From Candidatus Zixiibacteriota bacterium (GTDB lineage: Bacteria; Zixibacteria; MSB-5A5; GN15; FEB-12): 29,520 bases of DNA. The notes beneath the pieces are model-generated. The model was not told where the DNA came from. It saw only the letters and a program-made list of their open reading frames with translations, and did no database searches. The translations under genes were made by a program, and so were the position numbers. The DNA is taken from assembly GCA_041742355.1 (NCBI GenBank), contig JBGSIV010000227.1:1-29520 (forward strand). The letters run 5' to 3'. Within the stretch, counting starts at the first letter, position 1. Every line of letters starts with the position of its first letter. Below are positions 1 to 8,247 of the stretch, in pieces.

Positions 1-15
1 AAAAGTCTATGACTA

Positions 16-105
16 GTCATTGCGAGCGCAGCGAAGCAATCTCTCCGTTGGCCAAGACGCTGGTACGAAGAGAGATTGCTTCGTCGCTCCGCTCCTCGCA
101 ATGAC
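16..105. repeat. REP/RPE-like palindromic element (GTCATTGCGAG...GAAGCAATCTCT / AGAGATTGCTTC...CTCGCAATGAC)
   Basis: Arms GTCATTGCGAG (16-26) and CTCGCAATGAC (95-105) are reverse complements; inner GAAGCAATCTCT pairs with AGAGATTGCTTC. Matches a widespread intergenic palindrome type. Confidence 0.8.
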
Positions 106-239
106 TGCCAACAGCCGCGCTCGGGGCTTTTCAACAGGCCCTACAGGAGAAGACCTTTCGGTCCGGCCCCAAAATACACTAAAATGACCGGGGTGGTTCG
201 CCTTCGGTGGCCCAAAATCTGCCCGTGGCCCGACTTTCC

Positions 240-267
240 TTGACAAAGTTACCGACTCCTGTATCCT
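240..267 (+). promoter_or_regulatory. Putative sigma70 promoter for the ECF sigma gene
   Basis: TTGACA (240-245), 16 nt spacer, TATCCT (262-267); GAGGA RBS just before ATG 293. Confidence 0.5.
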
Positions 268-292
268 TGGGGAGACACACAGCCGAGGACAT

Positions 293-874
293 ATGGTCGA
301 GGAAACAACGGGCTCACTGACGGATTTGGTACACGCCTGCTGCGCCGGGGACGAGGAGGCGTGGCGCGATCTGTTGACCCGGATTTCCCCGCTTGTTTTT
401 GCCATCTGCCGCGAGCACCGTCTTTCGCAGGAGGAATCGCTCGATATCTTTGGTCAGGTCTGCTACCTCATGGTGCGCAACATCGGGCAGGTTCAGGAAG
501 CCGGCCGTCTTTTTGCCTATGTTGCCACGATTGCCCGCCGCCAGATATACAACCGCTTCACCCATGACCGCGGCCTGAATTTCGTTCCCAACGAAGCGCT
601 GCTCGACACCCCGGACCCGTCGGCCGCCGAGCCCGATCGCGAGTACGCGATTTCCCGGCAGCGGCGGCTGCTTCAGGAGGTTCTGGCGACCCCGCCCCCC
701 CGCGACTACCGGCTGCTGCACGCTCTCTTTTTCGAGGAGACGGAGCCGACGTATGAGGAGATTGCCGCCCGCCTGCACATGCCGGTAGCCTCGATCGGTC
801 CGACCCGCGCCCGAGCGCTCAAAAAACTGGAGCGCCTGCTCGTACGACGGGGGTTCAAATTCGATGTATTTTAG
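293..874 (+). CDS. ECF-type RNA polymerase sigma factor
   Basis: 193 aa; region 2 (GDEEAWRDL...DIFGQV...AYVATIARR) and region 4 (TYEEIAARLHMPVASIGPTRARALKKL). Confidence 0.92.
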   Translation: MVEETTGSLTDLVHACCAGDEEAWRDLLTRISPLVFAICREHRLSQEESLDIFGQVCYLMVRNIGQVQEAGRLFAYVATIARRQIYNRFTHDRGLNFVPNEALLDTPDPSAAEPDREYAISRQRRLLQEVLATPPPRDYRLLHALFFEETEPTYEEIAARLHMPVASIGPTRARALKKLERLLVRRGFKFDVF

Positions 875-912
875 TCATTCCGAAACGGGACGTATTCCCA
901 GAGGACAGTGAC

Positions 913-1491
913 ATGCCGTCGCGAAAAGAACTGATGGAACGCCTGCAACGCTATCTTGAAGGGCAGATGGAAGCCGACGAGAAGGCGTTGTTTGAAAAGC
1001 AACTCGAGGGGGACCCCGAGCTGCGCCGGATGCTCCAGCTGCAGCGTGCCCTCGCCCGGGAAACCGCCGAAGGGGGCGACCTGCGGCAGGCCGCGAAAGG
1101 TCTCATCGACCGCTTCATCAAGGACCTTCACCGCAGCAAGGAAACCGGCCATCGCGCTTTTCTGACGTTCGATTCCGGCCTGCTCCCGTTACCCGTGGGT
1201 ATCCGCCCCGCATCGGTCGACAGTCGGCGGCTCAAGTATGCCGCCGACAACATCCAGCTTGAAGTATCCGTCTACCCGGCCTCACCAGGGAGTTTCGAGG
1301 TGATCGGCCAGGTCGAGGGATACCCCTCCGGAGTAACCCTTAACATCACATTGTCGCGCGGCCGAACCATCCTCCGGGAAACCGCAAATCCGTTTCAGGT
1401 GTTCCATTTCGCCCGCGTCCCTCAAGGGGGCTACGCCCTGACTGTTGCCGACCCCGATGGTCGGCAGGTCGAATTCTCCCTTGAGTTGTAG
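913..1491 (+). CDS. Putative cytoplasmic anti-sigma factor
   Basis: Directly follows the ECF gene; N-terminal anti-sigma-like helices (LQRYLEGQMEADEKALFEKQL), a LTFDSGLLPLPVGIR motif and a beta-rich C-terminal domain; no TM helix; GAGGA RBS at 901-905. Confidence 0.65.
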   Translation: MPSRKELMERLQRYLEGQMEADEKALFEKQLEGDPELRRMLQLQRALARETAEGGDLRQAAKGLIDRFIKDLHRSKETGHRAFLTFDSGLLPLPVGIRPASVDSRRLKYAADNIQLEVSVYPASPGSFEVIGQVEGYPSGVTLNITLSRGRTILRETANPFQVFHFARVPQGGYALTVADPDGRQVEFSLEL

Positions 1492-1752
1492 CGCAGCCGC
1501 AACTCGCCGATCTCGTCTCCGAACGCCTGCCGGATCGCCCGGTGCTCCGCCTGAGGACTGTCCCAGTCGATACTAGTGCTGCAGGGTGCGTCCGGCTCCC
1601 CGCAACCGACAATCAACAGTACCTCGTGGCGACTCACTGTGCGTGCCGTAACTGGGACAGAATGCTGCTTTACCCCGTGTCTTCCCGCGCTTCTTACTCA
1701 CCATGCCGCACGTCGTGATCGCTCTCACCTTCGCCCGTAAAGGGGGTGCGTC

Positions 1753-3177
1753 GTGACAACCCGCATCTGCGTCCTCCGAATCCTGATCACCCTGTTGATC
1801 AGCGGCTGCTCCGTCGCCGACGTTTGTGCCGACAGTAACGATCTGCCCGGCCAGGCGGTCGTACAACTTGACCGGCACAGCTCGGCCGCCCGGGTCTTCC
1901 GTGGCGCCGGAGTCACGGTCCTCGACAGCGTCCCGGGTCTTGGCCTCTACCTGGTGTCTTTCCCCGCAGATATTCCGATCGAGCGGAAGCGGGCTGCGCT
2001 CGCCCGCAGGCCCGGCATCCTGCGCACGCATCCCAACCGTTCGCTCAAGCTGGTGCGGCCGTTTCAAGTCGAGGTCGGATGGCCGGATGACGACGCCCCG
2101 GTGTTTGTCAGCGGTGAACAACCCGCTTCCTACTACGGCCAGCCCTCGGTTCTTTCGATCGGCCTGGACTCGGCCCACACCCTCTCTCAGGGCGATGGCG
2201 TCACTATTGCGATCATCGACAACGGCGTTGACCGCACCCACCCGCTTCTGGACAGCCTGTCGGCGCCGCTTCTGAACGACCTCGTTGACAGTGACGACGA
2301 CCCGAGCGAAGTTCCGGGAGCGCTCTACGGCCATGGCACTTTCACCGCCGGCCTGATCCGGCTGGCTGCTCCCGCCGCCGATCTTATGGTCATCCGCGCT
2401 TTCGACAGCAGCGGCGTCAGCACGATCTTCACCATCAGCCAGGCTATCAGCTGGGCGGTGGATAACGGCGCGGACGTCATCAACATGAGCTTCGGCACGT
2501 CCGTTTCCAACGGCCTGCTCGAACTTGCCTGCAGCCGCGCCATACAGGCGGGGGTTGTCCTTGTGGCTGCGGTCGGCAATGCGGGCACGACTCAGCCGGT
2601 GTATCCGGCCGCCTACAACGGCGTCATTGGGGTCGGCGCCATCGACACCCTGGACTTCATCGCACCGTTCTCCAACGGCAACAGCGCCGATGTTTGCGCT
2701 CCCGGTATCAGCCTCTACAGCGCTCTGCCCAATCCCTGGCTCTGGGGGACATGGAGCGGCACCTCGTTCTCCGCGGCGCTTGTTTCCGCTACCGCGGGTC
2801 TGGTCCTCGCGCTCAGTCCGGAAATGGCCCCGCTCGATGTGGAATCCCACCTTCGGTCTACGGCTGATACCAATCTCGCCTGGGGCGCCGTTATCCCGCC
2901 CGACCTGTACTACGGCTACGGTCGGATCAATGCCTGGACGGCGGTCCTAGCTTTCCAGCCCATGCCGGCGGCCAAGTCCGGCGTTTTCACCGTGAGCGAC
3001 GTGCGGCTTATTGCCGAAGCATGCGCGACCGGTTACGTACGCGGCAACTCCTCGGCCTGGCGGCTGGACCTGAACCACGATGGCGTCATCAATCGCGCCG
3101 ACCTCGAACTTGCGGTTCGACTCCTCTTCGGCCCGCCGGACGACCCGGATCCTTTCCGATCGCGGCCGCAACGCTGA
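1753..3177 (+). CDS. Secreted S8 (subtilisin-like) serine peptidase with C-terminal dockerin-like Ca-binding repeat
   Basis: Signal-peptide-like N-terminus; catalytic triad motifs IAIIDNG, GHGTFTAG, SGTSFSA; oxyanion AVGN; C-terminal DLNHDGVINRADL. Confidence 0.92.
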   Translation: MTTRICVLRILITLLISGCSVADVCADSNDLPGQAVVQLDRHSSAARVFRGAGVTVLDSVPGLGLYLVSFPADIPIERKRAALARRPGILRTHPNRSLKLVRPFQVEVGWPDDDAPVFVSGEQPASYYGQPSVLSIGLDSAHTLSQGDGVTIAIIDNGVDRTHPLLDSLSAPLLNDLVDSDDDPSEVPGALYGHGTFTAGLIRLAAPAADLMVIRAFDSSGVSTIFTISQAISWAVDNGADVINMSFGTSVSNGLLELACSRAIQAGVVLVAAVGNAGTTQPVYPAAYNGVIGVGAIDTLDFIAPFSNGNSADVCAPGISLYSALPNPWLWGTWSGTSFSAALVSATAGLVLALSPEMAPLDVESHLRSTADTNLAWGAVIPPDLYYGYGRINAWTAVLAFQPMPAAKSGVFTVSDVRLIAEACATGYVRGNSSAWRLDLNHDGVINRADLELAVRLLFGPPDDPDPFRSRPQR

Positions 3178-3590
3178 TTTGCAGTTGGGGGATGATCACC
3201 TGACGAGGCGCCCACAGAGGGCGCCTTGTTCTTTTGTGAAAAGAATGCTCATGACGAGATTTGACGTATTTTTGCCACCCCGAGAAGTGACTGTGATCAG
3301 AAATGCAGATTACCGCCTTTTGTGACAGGTGGTGTCCTCTCAATCGGCGGATGTATCCCTGCCCACCTGTCCAAGGCGGTAAAAGTCGCACGTTGTGGCG
3401 GGATTGCTGCACACGGAGCGGCGGGTATATAGCGCCGCTTCCACAACCGCTCTGTGGGATACTGGGGAGCATGACCTTCCCCGGGGTATCGACACCGCTC
3501 TCTCCTGGGAAAGGGGGGAGGCTCCCGAGCACGTGATGCAGCGGGATTGATATGTAAAGTCCCCCACGGGTTGCAGCAAACCCTGCCCAT

Positions 3591-3630
3591 AACCGGCTGG
3601 ACAGCGCCCTCCGCGCCAGCCGGTTTTCTT
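3591..3630 (+). terminator. Intrinsic terminator-like hairpin upstream of the RND operon
   Basis: AACCGGCTGG (3591-3600) / CCAGCCGGTT (3616-3625) perfect 10-bp stem followed by TTCTT. Confidence 0.6.
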
Positions 3631-3767
3631 ATGCCGGAAAGGACCCGAATACCGGCTGATTTTCTTCCCCGGCCCAGAACTTGTCGGCCTTCTCGTTGTT
3701 ACAGGGGGATACTATTTCTCGGCGAAGCGTGATGCTTCGCTTCAACCAACAGCCAAAGAGCAGCCGC

Positions 3768-4889
3768 ATGAACACACCATATCTTGTCAGCACCCTGGGC
3801 CTTCTCACCGCAGCCGTTCTCCTGGTGGTCGGCCCGGCCGTCGGGCAGGGGGCGCCGCCCACGCTCGTTGTTACCGAACCTGTGAAATCCATGGAATTCC
3901 ACGACCAGATCACCCTGACCGGCCGGACAGAAGCCTGGGTCACCAGCCGGATTGTCGCCGAAATTGCCGGCCGCGTCGAGCTTGTCAACGCCGGTGAGGG
4001 AAGGGCCGTCCGCAAAGACGACCCCCTCATGACGATTGACTGTCTCCAGATGGAGTACGCCGTCAAAGCCAAAGCGGCCGAGGCCGAGCAGGCCCGGCTG
4101 AAAGCCATGCTCGCCTCCGACGCCCTCGAACGCGCCGAAGATCTCTTCGCGCGCCATCTCATTCCCGAAACCACAGCCGACTCGGCCCGTACCTGGGCGA
4201 CCATAACCGAACAGAGCTACTTCCAGATCGAGGCCGATCACCAGCGCCTCGCGGTCGATTATGACCACTGTACCATCCGCGCCCCCTTCGCCGGCTACAC
4301 CGGCCGCAAGCTCATCGATGTCGGCGAGTGGGTGAATCCCGGCACCCCGGTTTTCGAGCTGGTCGATATCGCCCACATTCGCGTCCGCGTCGACCTGCCC
4401 GAACGTCTCTTCGGCCAGCTCTCGATCAGCAGCGCTGTGACCGTTCAATCCGGTGACCGTGGTAACGCGGACCTTTCCGGCAAGGTCATCGGCATCTCGC
4501 CGAATGCGTCCGAAGAAACCCACACGTTCCCGGTTATCATCGATGTTCCCAATCCGGATGCCCGGCTCGCCGGCGGAATGCTCGTGCGGGCCACCCTCTC
4601 GCTGGACAACAAGTTTGCCGGCCTCGCCGTTTCCAAGGACGCTCTCGTCCGGCAGGGTGCGCAGACCATGGTGTATACCGTCGTGGACGGCAAGGCCGTT
4701 CCCGTCCCGGTTGTGACCACCTCGACGAACGGCGATATGGTCGCTGTCCAGAGTGAGATGTTGCGCGAAGGGACCGCGGTCGTTGTCCGCGGCAATGAAC
4801 GCATCTACCCCGGCGCCGCCGTCACTGTCTCAGGCGCCCCAACCGCGCCCGAACAGGTTGCTCCATCCGCTTCCGCGGCCGGGCACTAA
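3768..4889 (+). CDS. RND efflux periplasmic adaptor (membrane fusion protein)
   Basis: Signal/anchor after ATG 3768 (preferred start); lipoyl-like halves AEIAGRV...EG and IRAPFAG...DVGEWV flanking a coiled hairpin; adjacent to the RND permease. Confidence 0.92.
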   Translation: MNTPYLVSTLGLLTAAVLLVVGPAVGQGAPPTLVVTEPVKSMEFHDQITLTGRTEAWVTSRIVAEIAGRVELVNAGEGRAVRKDDPLMTIDCLQMEYAVKAKAAEAEQARLKAMLASDALERAEDLFARHLIPETTADSARTWATITEQSYFQIEADHQRLAVDYDHCTIRAPFAGYTGRKLIDVGEWVNPGTPVFELVDIAHIRVRVDLPERLFGQLSISSAVTVQSGDRGNADLSGKVIGISPNASEETHTFPVIIDVPNPDARLAGGMLVRATLSLDNKFAGLAVSKDALVRQGAQTMVYTVVDGKAVPVPVVTTSTNGDMVAVQSEMLREGTAVVVRGNERIYPGAAVTVSGAPTAPEQVAPSASAAGH

Positions 4890-4922
4890 CGCCCCAACCC
4901 CCTTCACAAGAGAGATGCGACC

Positions 4923-7900
4923 GTGAGCCTCATAACGACTTCCATCCGCTTTCCCATCACCGTCATCGTCGGCGTCCTCGTGGCCGTCGTGGGCGGCGTC
5001 ATTGCCCTCACGCGCGTACCCGTGCAGCTCACGCCCGAGGTCGAACGCCCCGTTGTGACCGTGAGCACTACCTGGGTCGGTGCTTCTCCCGGGGAAATCG
5101 AGAAAGAGATTATCGAGAAGCAGGAGGAGTACCTCAAGTCGATCGAGGGCCTGCTGGAAATGACCTCTCAATCAGAAGACAGTCGCGCCACCATCACCCT
5201 TGAGTTCCCCGCCGGCACCGATCTGACCGGCGCCGTTGTCCGTGTCACCAACAAGCTCAACGAGGTCCCCTCGTACCCGACGACGGCCGATCGCCCGATT
5301 GTCACCACCTCCGGCCAGCTTGAAGGGGCTATCGCCTGGTTTACGGTCAAGGCCGACTCTGCGGGCGTCTACGTTCCCCACAACCAGGAAGTCATCGAGG
5401 ACCTGGTCAAGCCGCGCCTCGAGCGGGTGGAGGGCGTTGCATCGATCAACATCTTTGGCGGTCTGGAGCGTGAGCTCCATGTCGTCTTTGACCCCGACCT
5501 GCTCGCCTCGTCAGGCATCACCATCGACCAGCTTGCCGGCGCGCTTCGTAACGACAACCGGGACATCTCGGGCGGCGACTTTTCCGAAGGCAAGCGCCGC
5601 TACGTCGTGCGCACGATTTCCCGCTATGAATCCCCCGAGCAGGTTGCCCGCACAGTCGTCACCGTTCGCGGCGGCGTGCCGATCCGGGTCGGCGATGTTG
5701 CCGAGGTGGAGTTGACCTACCAGAAGCCTTTCGCTATGGTTCGCCATCTGGGGGCTCCTTCCATCGCCTTCAACGCCCAGCGCCGTGTCGGCGCCAACGT
5801 CATCGACGTAATGGACGGTCTGATGGCCCAGACCGATATTATCAACAAGGAGATCATGGCCCCGCGCGGCATGCACATCGAAAATGTCTACCGTGAGACG
5901 GTGTATATCGACTCGGCCATTGATCTCGTGCTCTCGAACATCTACCTCGGCGGTTTCCTCACGATCCTGACTCTGTTCTTGTTCCTGCGTTCGCCCTCGG
6001 CCGTCCTCGTGATATCGCTGGCCATTCCCATCTCGATCGTATCGAGCTTCCTCGCGGTGGCGCTCACCGGGCGTTCGCTCAACGTGATTTCGCTCGCCGG
6101 CATGGCCTTCGCGGTCGGCATGGTGGTCGACAGCGCCATAGTTGTTCTGGAAAATATCTATCGCCACATGCAGATGGGGAAGAGCCGGTGGGAAGCCGCT
6201 TTGGACGGCACCAGGGAAGTCTGGGGCGCCCTGCTCGCCTCGACCGTCACCACGGTCGCCGTCTTCCTGCCCATCATGTTTGTCAAAGAACAGGCCGGGC
6301 AACTCTTCAAAGACATCGCAGTTGCCATCTCGACCACCATCATTCTCTCGCTGATTGTTTCGATCACGGTGATTCCCACGCTGGCGTCGCGCATGCTGAA
6401 GGTCTCGACAAAACTGGCCGGGCAAGATGACTCCAAAGGCTGGCTCGCCCGGTTCGCCCGGAGAGTAGCCGATATCGTCGACTGGTCCAACAGCACCGGT
6501 CGGCGACGGTTCGGTACGATCCTCGGCATCCTCGTCGTCGCCGTCGGCCTGACTGTCCTGCTCCTTCCGCCGGCCGAGTATCTGCCCAACGGCAACCAGA
6601 ACCTCATATTCGGGTTCATTCTCCCGCCCCCCGGTTACAACCTCGATGAAATGGTCGGAGCGGGAGAGATGATCGAGAATCAGTTGCGCCCACTCTGGGA
6701 GACCGATCCCGCTTTGGCCGACACCTTACCAGGCGGCGGCATCGACAACTTCTTCTATGTCGCTTTGCCCAATCAGGCTTTTCTGGGAATGGCCGCCCGC
6801 CATCCGGAACGCGCCGCTGAACTCGTCCCGATCGCCAACCAGAGCCTGTTCTCCATTCCCGGGGCGATCGGTTTCGCTTCCCAGGCGTCGCTTTTTGAAT
6901 CAGGCTTCGCCGGCACTCGCTCGGTGCGTATCGATATCTCCGGTCCCGAATTGCCCGAGATTCTCCAGATCGCCATCCAGGTTTTCGGACAGGTTCCCCA
7001 GGTGCTCCCCGGTGCAAACTCACGGCCCATTCCCGGCCTCGATCTTGGCAACCCGGAGGTTCGGGTGTATCCCGACCGTGTCCGTGCCGCCGATGTCGGC
7101 CTCGACGCTTCCTCTATCGGTCGATCGGTCAACGCGCTGGTCGACGGCGCCGTTGTCAGCGAGTACTTCCACAACGGCCGCGAGGTCGACCTGCTCATCA
7201 AGGGTCGGGACGATTGGAGCCGCCACACGCAAGACATTGCGATGCTCCCCATCGCCACTCCCGGCGGCCGCATTATCACCATCGGCGATGTCGCCGACAT
7301 CCGCCAGGAACAGGGGCCCGTCCAGATCAATCACATAGAACGCCTGCGCACCGTTTCGATTGAGACCATCCTTCCCGACAACCTTCCTCTCGAGGAGGCG
7401 GTTGCCCGTCTCGACCGGGAGATCGTCGAACCGATGCGTGCCCAGGGGGTGCTCGGCGGCCTCTACGACATCAACCTCTCCGGTACCGCGGACGACCTGA
7501 CGAAACTCCGAACGGAGCTGATGACCGACTTCCACATCGCGATCATCCTGACCTACCTGCTGCTGGTCGCTCTGTTTCAGTCTTTCACCTACCCGCTGGT
7601 GGTCATGCTCACTGTCCCGCTGGCCACGTTTGGCGGTGTCGTCGGCCTGGATCTGCTGCAGGTATTCGATCCGTCGCAGCAGCTTGATGTCCTTACCATG
7701 CTTGGTTTCGTCATCCTCGTCGGTACGGTGGTGAACAACTCGATTCTCATCGTCTACCAAGCCCTCAACCTCATGCGCGAGGGTTGGGAGCCGCGCAGCG
7801 CAGTGAAGGAATCGGTCCGCGTCCGTGTGCGGCCAATCTTCATGACCACCGGCACCACGGTGCTCGGGATGCTGCCGCTGGTAGTTATGCCCGGCGCCGG

Positions 7901-8093
7901 TTCCGAGCTCTACCGCGGTATCGGCGCGGTTATTATCGGCGGCCTGTCGGTTTCGACCATCACCACGCTGGTGCTGACGCCGCTCGTCTTCTCCTACGCA
8001 ATTGAATTGGTGCTGAAGGTCCGCGGCCTGTTCGGCCTCGAACAGCGTGCGGCCGGTGTCGCGCCCTCCCTGCAGGAGGAAAGCCGGGGCTGA
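4923..8093 (+). CDS. RND efflux permease (AcrB/AcrD/AcrF family)
   Basis: 1056 aa with two large periplasmic loops; GMVVDSAIVVLENI and RVRPIFMTT motifs. Confidence 0.95.
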   Translation: MSLITTSIRFPITVIVGVLVAVVGGVIALTRVPVQLTPEVERPVVTVSTTWVGASPGEIEKEIIEKQEEYLKSIEGLLEMTSQSEDSRATITLEFPAGTDLTGAVVRVTNKLNEVPSYPTTADRPIVTTSGQLEGAIAWFTVKADSAGVYVPHNQEVIEDLVKPRLERVEGVASINIFGGLERELHVVFDPDLLASSGITIDQLAGALRNDNRDISGGDFSEGKRRYVVRTISRYESPEQVARTVVTVRGGVPIRVGDVAEVELTYQKPFAMVRHLGAPSIAFNAQRRVGANVIDVMDGLMAQTDIINKEIMAPRGMHIENVYRETVYIDSAIDLVLSNIYLGGFLTILTLFLFLRSPSAVLVISLAIPISIVSSFLAVALTGRSLNVISLAGMAFAVGMVVDSAIVVLENIYRHMQMGKSRWEAALDGTREVWGALLASTVTTVAVFLPIMFVKEQAGQLFKDIAVAISTTIILSLIVSITVIPTLASRMLKVSTKLAGQDDSKGWLARFARRVADIVDWSNSTGRRRFGTILGILVVAVGLTVLLLPPAEYLPNGNQNLIFGFILPPPGYNLDEMVGAGEMIENQLRPLWETDPALADTLPGGGIDNFFYVALPNQAFLGMAARHPERAAELVPIANQSLFSIPGAIGFASQASLFESGFAGTRSVRIDISGPELPEILQIAIQVFGQVPQVLPGANSRPIPGLDLGNPEVRVYPDRVRAADVGLDASSIGRSVNALVDGAVVSEYFHNGREVDLLIKGRDDWSRHTQDIAMLPIATPGGRIITIGDVADIRQEQGPVQINHIERLRTVSIETILPDNLPLEEAVARLDREIVEPMRAQGVLGGLYDINLSGTADDLTKLRTELMTDFHIAIILTYLLLVALFQSFTYPLVVMLTVPLATFGGVVGLDLLQVFDPSQQLDVLTMLGFVILVGTVVNNSILIVYQALNLMREGWEPRSAVKESVRVRVRPIFMTTGTTVLGMLPLVVMPGAGSELYRGIGAVIIGGLSVSTITTLVLTPLVFSYAIELVLKVRGLFGLEQRAAGVAPSLQEESRG

Positions 8094-8132
8094 CGTTGGC
8101 CGGATGACCTGATCGGATCTGCTGAGTGATTG

Positions 8133-8164
8133 AGGCGCAGCTGAATTGGCCGCGCCTTCTTTTT
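8133..8164 (+). terminator. Putative intrinsic terminator after the RND permease
   Basis: AGGCGC...GCGCCT stem followed by TCTTTTT; sits between convergent genes. Confidence 0.55.
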
Positions 8165-8247
8165 GCCTATCGGTTGATTCGTGAGCGCGCCCGGCCTGGC
8201 AGGCAGCTCTTGTGGAAGATCCCCCGGTCCTGACGACCAGCGAACGG

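Noticed and set aside
13..405. 130-aa minus-strand ORF containing VIARSGATKQS
   Set aside because: It is a translation of the palindromic repeat plus the antisense of the ECF gene start.
1753..3177. S8 peptidase as the RiPP leader protease
   Set aside because: It lies about 5 kb from the cluster edge on the opposite strand, beyond the RND operon, and fits better with the ECF/anti-sigma module; not excluded but unsupported.
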